A stretch of DNA of 12,867 bases from a bacterium (GTDB lineage: Bacteria > Bacillota > Clostridia > Oscillospirales > Oscillospiraceae): assembly GCA_963597355.1 (NCBI GenBank), contig CAVBPR010000002.1, positions 290,996 to 303,862 of the forward strand, given 5' to 3'. The notes beneath the pieces are model-generated. The model was not told the DNA's origin. It made no database searches and saw nothing but the letters and a program-made list of their open reading frames with translations. The position numbers and the translations under genes are program-made. This document shows positions 1 through 6,209 of the stretch, one piece after another. Numbering within the stretch: position 1 is the stretch's first letter; every line of letters starts with the position of its first letter.

Positions 1-198
1 GCTCCAATTCCAGATCATTATGATAATTCGGTCAAATTCTGCATGGATTTGATGGAACAGAGTGGTTTGATTTGCACGCCAGGCTCTGCTTTTGGCAGCC
101 TGGGAGAGGGACATGTGCGCTTTGCGTTGGTGCAGCCGGTTGAAAAAATACAAGAGATTGTAAAAGCAGTGGATGATTGCGGCATTTTGAAAAAATAA
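1..198 (+). CDS. PLP-dependent class I/II (fold type I) aminotransferase, C-terminal fragment truncated by the window edge
   Basis: Frame 1 is open from base 1 to TAA at 196-198. It is absent from the ORF track because it has no start codon in the window. Translation: APIPDHYDNSVKFCMDLMEQSGLICTPGSAFGSLGEGHVRFALVQPVEKIQEIVKAVDDCGILKK. The segment TPGSAFG..GEGHVRFA matches the conserved C-terminal block of AspC/DapL-like aminotransferases, including the substrate-carboxylate Arg. The exact subfamily cannot be assigned from 65 residues. Confidence 0.7.
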   Translation, partial: APIPDHYDNSVKFCMDLMEQSGLICTPGSAFGSLGEGHVRFALVQPVEKIQEIVKAVDDCGILKK

Positions 199-269
199 AT
201 TCTGTTATCGTTACTGCGATTAGGCACTGTATTTAGATACAAAAAGTACTTTTATCAATATTTTTTAAG

Positions 270-287
270 ATGTTAAATTTTTAACAA
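270..287 (+). promoter_or_regulatory. Candidate Rex (redox-sensing repressor) operator, clostridial type
   Basis: The sequence aTGTTAAatttTTAACAa is an inverted repeat. It matches the published clostridial Rex consensus TTGTTAAnnnnTTAACAA at 13 of 14 specified positions and lies 5 nt upstream of the -35 of the nfnA promoter. An extra half-site TGTTAA at 313-318 overlaps the -10. Confidence 0.45.
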
Positions 288-292
288 TTTCC

Positions 293-321
293 TTGCAATT
301 GATATCACACTGTGTTAAAAT
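293..321 (+). promoter_or_regulatory. Sigma-A-type promoter for nfnAB with an extended -10
   Basis: TTGCAA (293-298), a 17 nt spacer, then TAAAAT (316-321). TG at 313-314 gives an extended -10, TGnTAAAAT. The upstream region is AT-rich and UP-element-like. The predicted transcription start is near 328, giving a leader of about 57 nt to the TTG start at 385. Confidence 0.55.
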
Positions 322-384
322 TTGCTTGCATTAAATGAGAGAGTGGTACAAAAACCATCTTTCTATAAAACGGGAGTGAGTCTT

Positions 385-1236
385 TTGTTCAAAATTGTTC
401 GTAAAGAAGCGCTAAACCCTAATGTCACACTGATGGAAATTGAAGCTCCATTTGTGGCGAAGAAGGTAAAAGCGGGTCAATTCATTATTCTTCGCATCGA
501 TGAATACGGAGAGCGTCTGCCGCTGACGGTTGCTGGTTATGATCGGGAGAAAGGCACTGTTACAATCATCTTCCAGTTGGTCGGTATGACTACAAAGGCA
601 TTGGCCCAACTGAACGAGGGAGACTATCTAAAAGACTTTGTAGGTCCTTTGGGTAAGGCTACTGACACCGAAAACAAGAAGAGAGTTGCTGTTGTTGGCG
701 GTGGCGTGGGCTGCGCAATTGCATACCCGGTTGCTAAGGCTATGCACGAAGCAGGTGCGGTTGTAGACGGTATCATGGGTTTCCGCAACAAGGATATTGT
801 TATTTTGGAGAAGGAATTCAACGAGGCCTGCGATAACTTCTACATGATGACAGATGATGGCAGTTATGGTGAAAAAGGTTTTGTTACCGTTAAGCTGCAA
901 GAGTTGCTTGAGTCCGGTATCCAGTATGATGAAGTGATTGCAATCGGACCGGTTCCGATGATGAGCTTTGTATGTAAGACCACAAAGCCATTTGGCGTAA
1001 AGACTGTCGTCAGCTTGAACCCAATTATGATCGATGGCACTGGTATGTGCGGTGGATGTCGCGTCACCGTAGGTGGCGAGACAAAGTTTGCCTGCGTAGA
1101 TGGCCCTGAGTTCGATGGACATGAGGTTGATTTTACAGAGTTGATGAATCGTAACTCTGCCTACCGTGATCAAGAAGCCGAAAAAATGAGTCATTTGTGC
1201 CGGTTTGAAAAACTGGGACAGGATTTGATCAAGTAA
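385..1236 (+). CDS. nfnA: NfnA, small subunit of NADH-dependent reduced-ferredoxin:NADP+ oxidoreductase (sulfide/dihydroorotate dehydrogenase-like FAD/NAD-binding protein with a 2Fe-2S cluster)
   Basis: The protein has a ferredoxin-reductase-like fold, a GGGVGCA nucleotide-binding glycine motif and a C-terminal cluster motif DGTGMCGGCRVTVGGETKFACVDGPEF. It is tightly followed by an nfnB-type gene. I moved the start to TTG at 385 (MFKIVRKE...) because GGGAG at 372-376 sits 8 nt upstream. The ORF-track start at 322 lies directly after the promoter -10, upstream of the predicted transcription start. The start has lower confidence than the product call. Confidence 0.88.
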   Translation: MFKIVRKEALNPNVTLMEIEAPFVAKKVKAGQFIILRIDEYGERLPLTVAGYDREKGTVTIIFQLVGMTTKALAQLNEGDYLKDFVGPLGKATDTENKKRVAVVGGGVGCAIAYPVAKAMHEAGAVVDGIMGFRNKDIVILEKEFNEACDNFYMMTDDGSYGEKGFVTVKLQELLESGIQYDEVIAIGPVPMMSFVCKTTKPFGVKTVVSLNPIMIDGTGMCGGCRVTVGGETKFACVDGPEFDGHEVDFTELMNRNSAYRDQEAEKMSHLCRFEKLGQDLIK

Positions 1237-1244
1237 GGAGTGGA

Positions 1245-2654
1245 ATGATCATGGCAGAAATGAAAAAACCGAACATGGATCCCAAGAAAGCTCCAATGCC
1301 TGCTCAGGATCCAAATGTACGCAATAAGAATTTTTTAGAGGTTTGCACAGGTTATTCTGAAGAGACTGCTCTGACAGAGGCTACGCGTTGCCTGCATTGC
1401 AAAAACCATCCTTGTGTCAATGGCTGCCCGGTTAACGTGCATATTCCGGAGTTTATTGCCAAGGTTGCTGAGGGCGACTTCAAAGCTGCTTATGAAGTGA
1501 TAAACGGGACAAATGCGCTGCCTGCAATCAGCGGTCGTGTGTGTCCGCAGGAGAGCCAATGCGAAAGCAAGTGCATTCGTGGCATTAAGGGCGAGCCGGT
1601 TGGTATTGGCCGCTTGGAGCGTTTTGTTGCAGACTGGTATCGTGAAAATGTAGTGGAAAAGCCTGTTAAGCCGGAGTCGAACGGAAAAAAGGTTGCTGTG
1701 GTTGGTTCCGGTCCTTCTGGCCTTACCTGCGCCAGTGATCTGGCAAAGCTTGGCTATCAGGTAACGATCTTTGAGGCATTCCACACTGCCGGAGGTGTTC
1801 TTGTATACGGCATCCCGGAATTCCGTCTGCCAAAGGCCATTGTACAGAGCGAGGTTGATAAGTTGACTGCGCTCGGCGTCGAAGTTATGACCGATATGGT
1901 GATTGGTAAGGTTCTGAGCATTGACGAGCTTTTCGAGATGGGCTACCAGGCAGTTTTCATTGGCTCTGGTGCAGGTTTGCCGATGTTTATGAATATTCCC
2001 GGCGAAGGTCTGTCCGGTGTCTACTCTGCGAATGAGTACCTTACTCGCACAAACCTTATGAAGGCATATCTTCCCGAATATGACACTCCGGTCAAGAAGA
2101 GTAAGGCGGTTGCAGTTGTCGGTGGCGGCAACGTAGCAATGGACGCTTGCCGTTGTGCAAAGCGTCTGGGTGCCGAGAATGTATATGTCGTCTATCGTCG
2201 CTCAAAGGAAGAAATGCCTGCGCGTGTTGAGGAAGTGGAACATGCGGAAGAGGAGGGCATTGACTTTAAACTTTTGTGCAACCCTGTCCGTATTATTGGC
2301 GACGATCACGGCAATGTAGTTGGCATGGAGTGCGTTCGTATGGAACTGGGTGAGCCAGATGCTTCCGGTCGTCGTCGTCCGGTTGAAGTTCCGGATTCCA
2401 ACTTTGTCCTGGATGTAGACACCGTTATCATGAGCCTTGGCACTTCTCCCAACCCGCTCATTCGTTCTACTACGCCTGGTTTGGAAACAAATAAAAAAGG
2501 CTGCCTGATTGTGGGCGAAGATGATGTTTCTACAACTCGTGAGGGTGTCTTTGCTGGTGGCGATGCGGTTACCGGAGCAGCGACGGTTATTCTTGCAATG
2601 GGTGCCGGTAAGAAAGCTGCAGTAGCCATTGATGAGTATTTGTCAAAGAAATAA
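1245..2654 (+). CDS. nfnB: NfnB, large subunit of ferredoxin:NADP+ oxidoreductase (GltD-like NADPH-dependent glutamate synthase beta-chain family)
   Basis: Two 4Fe-4S cysteine motifs are present (CLHCKNHPCVNGCP and CPQESQCESKC). There is an FAD-binding VAVVGSGPSGL motif, an NADPH-binding VAVVGGGNVAMD motif and a C-terminal FAGGDAVTGAATVILAMGAGKKAA block. RBS AAGGAG lies at 1234-1239. An ATG at 1251 is an alternative start. Confidence 0.9.
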   Translation: MIMAEMKKPNMDPKKAPMPAQDPNVRNKNFLEVCTGYSEETALTEATRCLHCKNHPCVNGCPVNVHIPEFIAKVAEGDFKAAYEVINGTNALPAISGRVCPQESQCESKCIRGIKGEPVGIGRLERFVADWYRENVVEKPVKPESNGKKVAVVGSGPSGLTCASDLAKLGYQVTIFEAFHTAGGVLVYGIPEFRLPKAIVQSEVDKLTALGVEVMTDMVIGKVLSIDELFEMGYQAVFIGSGAGLPMFMNIPGEGLSGVYSANEYLTRTNLMKAYLPEYDTPVKKSKAVAVVGGGNVAMDACRCAKRLGAENVYVVYRRSKEEMPARVEEVEHAEEEGIDFKLLCNPVRIIGDDHGNVVGMECVRMELGEPDASGRRRPVEVPDSNFVLDVDTVIMSLGTSPNPLIRSTTPGLETNKKGCLIVGEDDVSTTREGVFAGGDAVTGAATVILAMGAGKKAAVAIDEYLSKK

Positions 2655-2692
2655 TTTGCGCAGGATAAAATAATATCGGCATGAAGTTTGGT

Positions 2693-2740
2693 CCCCTGGT
2701 TGCTGTCTATTCAGACAACAGCCAGGGGATTGTCATTGTT
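2693..2740 (+). terminator. Probable intrinsic terminator of nfnAB
   Basis: A 15 bp stem pairs CCCCTGGTTGCTGTC (2693-2707) with GACAACAGCCAGGGG (2714-2728), with one mismatch, one G-U pair and a 6 nt loop. The tail ATTGTCATTGTT is moderately U-rich. The stem starts 39 nt after the nfnB stop. Confidence 0.5.
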
Positions 2741-2960
2741 ATGAAGAAACAAGTACATGCGACTAATGCTGCTGTCCGCTGCCTGTAAAACGTTGTTTGC
2801 GACAGCCCTCAGCATCGCACTTCCAGTAGCGCACAGAAAGTTTTGTCGACATCCGGTGGCAGGATCGCTTTATACGAAAAAGCTGAATGAAAGAAAACAG
2901 AAATTTTGTCTTCCATTCGCGAAGAATAAGACCACGTCCCAAAATTTGTAATATAAAGTG

Positions 2961-2998
2961 ACCCCCGTCTGATTTCTAACGGGAAGTCAGACGGGGGT
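2961..2998. terminator. Very strong GC-rich hairpin, possibly the minus-strand terminator of the pyrC-to-asp23 gene train or the end of an unannotated transcript
   Basis: ACCCCCGTCTGA (2961-2972) pairs perfectly with TCAGACGGGGGT (2987-2998), and 4 more pairs are possible inside the loop. Neither side has a clean U-tract. The minus-strand tail CACTTTATATTACAAATTTT is the more U-rich. The hairpin lies about 150 nt beyond the asp23-family stop. Confidence 0.4.
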
Positions 2999-3146
2999 TG
3001 CCTGTATGCACTCCGAAAACTGCTGGCTGACATCTGATAAGCAAATTAATTCCTTATCGCTGTTAGGCCAACGGTTCTGGAGAATTTTATGAAAACTCTG
3101 TGATGGTTAATAGCCACTTATATAATTGTGGCATTTAAATTAGAGT

Positions 3147-3506
3147 TTACTTATCGAATGAAACACCGGAAACATGTACATTAACAGTTGTTACCTTCAG
3201 ACCGGTTACTGATTCCACACTGGAAAGAACAGCGCTTTGTACACTGGCTGCAACCGCCTGCATGTTAAAACCAAACGACACAACAATGGACAAATCAACA
3301 ATCAGTTGATCTTCCTCCGCACGAAGACGAATGGCACGAGATAAATTCTTCTTTACTGAGGCGATGTCACTGCCTAGATGAGACAATCCGCTGACACCTT
3401 CCACCTCAACAGTGGCCATGGCAACGACCGTGAAAATTGCATCCTGAGAAATGTGAATGTTGTTCTGTCCATCTAACTGAGAAATATACTCTTTATTTTC
3501 GCTCAT
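3147..3506 (-). CDS. Asp23/Gls24-family envelope/alkaline-shock stress protein (DUF322)
   Basis: The family pattern is present: ISQDAIFTVVAMATVEVEGVSGL ... LIVDLSIVVSFGFNMQAVAASVQSAVLSSVESVTGLKVTTVNVHVSGVSF. I moved the start to ATG at 3506 (MSENKEY...) because GGAGGAG sits 8 nt upstream. The 12-codon extension in the ORF track back to 3542 has no RBS and would begin at or upstream of the candidate promoter. Confidence 0.85.
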   Translation of the reverse strand: MSENKEYISQLDGQNNIHISQDAIFTVVAMATVEVEGVSGLSHLGSDIASVKKNLSRAIRLRAEEDQLIVDLSIVVSFGFNMQAVAASVQSAVLSSVESVTGLKVTTVNVHVSGVSFDK

Positions 3507-3546
3507 GGTAGGATCTCCTCCAAAATCAACTTTGTAAGTCATAATT

Positions 3547-3575
3547 ATTTTATCATATGTAAGAAAAAAAACAAG
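3547..3575 (-). promoter_or_regulatory. Possible internal promoter in front of the asp23-family gene
   Basis: On the minus strand: TTGTTT, a 16 nt spacer, then TGaTAAAAT (extended -10, minus-strand hexamer at 3552-3547). It lies in the 74 nt CYTH/asp23 spacer, the only spacer in the gene train long enough to hold a promoter. The -35 is weak. Confidence 0.3.
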
Positions 3576-3580
3576 TGCTT

Positions 3581-4072
3581 TTACGTTTTGATGTGTTCTG
3601 CCAGAGAGCGGTCACTCCAGTAGGAAGTCATTTTAAATTTTCGGTCATAGGTCATTTCCTCTCCAAGACAGGATGACAATTCGTCTGGCAAATTCCACAC
3701 ACGAGCTTGCTCTTCTGTAGGAAATTCAACTTCAGCATAGGAAAATGCTCCTCCGTCAACCTGAGAACATTCCAGCAATAATTCATCTCTCAAGCGGTAG
3801 GTATGCAGCTCTTTATGGATTAACGGATAAGCAAGCATTTCCTCCAATTCGCTGAATTGCTCTTTTGTGATGGGAGTTTCTACTTCGTGACGTACCAGAT
3901 CGCCGTTGCTTTTAATACAAAGCATATAGCTTTCGCTGGCATCCGTGTGATTCCATGTGCGACGGATTCGAACTTGAGGATCGGTTGAAAGATATCCCTG
4001 CCACTGATCAAGAAATGTGGTTTCCGGCATGTTTGGGAATGCCAAAAGTTTAAATTTGCGTTCGATTTCCAT
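3581..4072 (-). CDS. CYTH-domain protein (CyaB/thiamine-triphosphatase-like triphosphate tunnel metalloenzyme)
   Basis: The N-terminal hallmark ExExK motif is present (MEIERKFKL). Further acidic strands sit at the expected spacing (HEVETPI, YAEVEFPTEE). The size of 163 aa is typical of stand-alone CYTH proteins. RBS AGGTGA lies 7 nt upstream of the ATG. Confidence 0.85.
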   Translation of the reverse strand: MEIERKFKLLAFPNMPETTFLDQWQGYLSTDPQVRIRRTWNHTDASESYMLCIKSNGDLVRHEVETPITKEQFSELEEMLAYPLIHKELHTYRLRDELLLECSQVDGGAFSYAEVEFPTEEQARVWNLPDELSSCLGEEMTYDRKFKMTSYWSDRSLAEHIKT

Positions 4073-4094
4073 CTGTAGTTCACCTAACTTTGTA

Positions 4095-5465
4095 TCAAAG
4101 TATTGTTGCCAGTGCTTCTCGAATATTTTTTACGGGAATCAGCTGCAGCCCGTCAATTTTTGTTGCTTTTGCGATAATAGATGCGGGAACAATTGCTTTT
4201 GTAAATCCTAGACGATGAATTTCAGACAGCCGCTGATTTGCAGCGTTGATGCTTCGAATTTCACCGGTTAGTCCAACCTCGCCAATAGCTGCCAGATCTT
4301 GCGGTAGAGATCGATCCCGAAAACTTGATGCCAACGCCAACACTGTAGCTAAGTCGGCTGCCGGTTCATCAACATACAATCCTCCGACAACATTGATATA
4401 CGCATCGCAACCGCCTAAAAGCAATCCTCCGCGTTTTTCCAGTACTGCGAGCAGTAACATAGCGCGGCTATAATCTAGTCCATTGCTTGTACGTCTTGGA
4501 TTGGAAAAACTGCTGGGTGCAACGAGCGCCTGCACTTCGGCTAAAACCGGGCGATTTCCTTCCATGATACAAGTTACGCAGTTGCCGGGGGCATTCTCGG
4601 GACGTGATGCTAACAGCATTTCAGATGGATTGGGGATTTCCTTTAATCCTCCATCCAGCATTTCAAAGACACCGATTTCATTGGTTGCGCCAAAACGATT
4701 CTTTGCTGCACGTAGAATTCGGAAAGCAACATGTTGATCGCCTTCAAAGTACAAAACGCAGTCAACCATATGCTCCAGCACTTTTGGTCCTGCAATGGAT
4801 CCTTCCTTGTTGATGTGTCCAATTACGAAAATCGTAATGTCTTCCGACTTTGCCAGGTTCATCAGTGCTGTTGTGCACTGTTTTACCTGTGAAATGCTGC
4901 CGGGAGTTGTGTCTGAATTTCCAATGCTCATTGTCTGAATGGAATCAATGATTAAAATATCCGGTTTATTGCTATGAACCGCTTCAATCACATCTTCCAT
5001 AGATGTTTCAGAAAGCAAGTACAGATAATCACTTGAAACACCCAATCGTTCAGCACGAAGCTTGATTTGGCGAGGCGATTCTTCGCCGGATGCGTAAAGC
5101 ACGGTGCATTTTTTGCAAAGCTCGTCACAGATCTGAAGCATCAAGGTGGATTTGCCAATACCTGGTGCGCCGCCAATCAGGACAAGGGAACCCTTTACCG
5201 CACCGCCGCCTAAAACCCGATCCAGTTCGTTCATTCCAGTTTGAAATCGGATTTCTTCAGTGGTAGAGATTTCACTTAGACGCCGGGCTTTGGCGGCGTG
5301 CACGGTAAGTCCGTTTGTTCCGCGCTTTGTAGTTTTTGCGGACATCGGTTGCTCAACGATCGTGTTCCACGCGCCGCAACTGGGGCATTGCCCCTGCCAC
5401 TTTGGCAGTTCGTTGCCGCAGTCTGTGCAATAGAAGAGAACTTTGTTTTTCAAGGTAAGATTCAA
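4095..5465 (-). CDS. radA: DNA repair protein RadA/Sms
   Basis: An N-terminal zinc finger is present, C-x2-C-x10-C-x2-C (CTDCGNELPKWQGQCPSCG). Walker A is GGAPGIGKST, the RadA-specific KNRFG motif is present, and there is a Lon-protease-like C-terminal domain (GEVGLTGEIR). The ORF-track start is TTG at 5465. A second TTG at 5453 (MKNKVLFYC...) is equally plausible, so the start is uncertain by 12 nt. Confidence 0.95.
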   Translation of the reverse strand: MNLTLKNKVLFYCTDCGNELPKWQGQCPSCGAWNTIVEQPMSAKTTKRGTNGLTVHAAKARRLSEISTTEEIRFQTGMNELDRVLGGGAVKGSLVLIGGAPGIGKSTLMLQICDELCKKCTVLYASGEESPRQIKLRAERLGVSSDYLYLLSETSMEDVIEAVHSNKPDILIIDSIQTMSIGNSDTTPGSISQVKQCTTALMNLAKSEDITIFVIGHINKEGSIAGPKVLEHMVDCVLYFEGDQHVAFRILRAAKNRFGATNEIGVFEMLDGGLKEIPNPSEMLLASRPENAPGNCVTCIMEGNRPVLAEVQALVAPSSFSNPRRTSNGLDYSRAMLLLAVLEKRGGLLLGGCDAYINVVGGLYVDEPAADLATVLALASSFRDRSLPQDLAAIGEVGLTGEIRSINAANQRLSEIHRLGFTKAIVPASIIAKATKIDGLQLIPVKNIREALATIL

Positions 5466-5480
5466 CCTTCCTTTAAAGGA

Positions 5481-6176
5481 TCAGTCAATTGTCCAATCAA
5501 TTGGGGTCGCACCATTTTCAAGTAAAAAAGCGTTAACCGCGCTGAAGGGACGGCTGCCGAAAAAGCCACGGCTGGCGGACAGGGGACTGGGATGATTCGA
5601 GCAATGAATCAGACGAGGATAGTTTCCTTGTCCCAGCTGATTTTCTGTAATCTTTTTTTGCGCCATTTTTCCCCACAGAACATATGCGATGGGTCTTGAT
5701 TGTTGTTCCACAATGTCGATGACTGCAGATGTAAACCGCTCCCATCCCCATGATTTATGGCTGTTAGCTTCACCATCATAAACAGTCAAAACATTATTCA
5801 GCAGTAAAACACCCTTTTCTGCCCATGAAGCAAGGCAACCGTGGTTTGGAATTGAAATTTGCAAATCTGCATTCAGTTCTTTGTAGATGTTCCGCAACGA
5901 ACGGGGAATAGGAACTCCTTTTTGCACAGAAAAGCTTAATCCATGTGCCTGGCCTCGCTCGTGATAGGGATCTTGCCCGATAATGACGCATTTCACTTGC
6001 TCTGGCGCAGTCAATTGCAGCGCGTGAAATAGATCCTTTCGCGGCGGATAGACCGAAGGATGATCCTTTTGGTATGCCGTTTCTACCTGCTGCATCAAGT
6101 GAGAAAACCACTCAGAACTTGTAATATCTTTTAAATATGGCGCCCAGGAGCCAAGTTCAGAGGCATACTTATCCAT
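5481..6176 (-). CDS. ung: Uracil-DNA glycosylase, family 1
   Basis: The water-activating loop GQDPYH and the leucine-intercalation loop HPSPLSA are both present. At 231 aa the length is typical. RBS AAGAGGAGAA lies 6 nt upstream of the ATG. Confidence 0.95.
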   Translation of the reverse strand: MDKYASELGSWAPYLKDITSSEWFSHLMQQVETAYQKDHPSVYPPRKDLFHALQLTAPEQVKCVIIGQDPYHERGQAHGLSFSVQKGVPIPRSLRNIYKELNADLQISIPNHGCLASWAEKGVLLLNNVLTVYDGEANSHKSWGWERFTSAVIDIVEQQSRPIAYVLWGKMAQKKITENQLGQGNYPRLIHCSNHPSPLSASRGFFGSRPFSAVNAFLLENGATPIDWTID

Positions 6177-6209
6177 GTTTTATTCTCCTCTTATTGTGTG
6201 ACATTTGCG

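Noticed and set aside
18-242. A 74-aa minus-strand ORF at the left edge
   Set aside because: It overlaps the clearly recognisable aminotransferase C-terminus encoded on the plus strand in frame 1. It has no family resemblance.
242-253. Perfect 12-mer palindromes AAAAGTACTTTT (242-253) and TCCTTTAAAGGA (5469-5480)
   Set aside because: They are short, AT-rich and loop-free, which is expected by chance in AT-rich spacers. The second overlaps the radA RBS region. I recognise no known operator consensus in either.
628-1194. A 188-aa minus-strand ORF, plus smaller ones at 412-609, 624-821 and 864-1067, antisense to nfnA
   Set aside because: They lie entirely inside the well-supported nfnA frame, have no motifs and no translation signals. 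They are typical antisense shadow ORFs.
3091-3105. A four-codon mini-ORF (ATG AAA ACT CTG TGA) with a strong RBS, GGAGAA, 5 nt upstream on the plus strand
   Set aside because: It resembles a leader peptide, but no plus-strand gene lies downstream for it to regulate, because the next gene is convergent. It is most likely chance.
2655-3146. A known RNA gene (tRNA, tmRNA, RNase P, SRP RNA, T-box or a common riboswitch) in the large gap
   Set aside because: I looked by eye on both strands for a tRNA T-loop (GGTTCGAATCC-like), the RNase P CR-I block (GAGGAAAGTCC), the SRP domain IV motif, the T-box sequence (GGTGGTACCGCG), and TPP, FMN, purine and glycine signatures. I found none. This is only a visual check, so the region stays in the findings as unexplained and is not called as an RNA gene.
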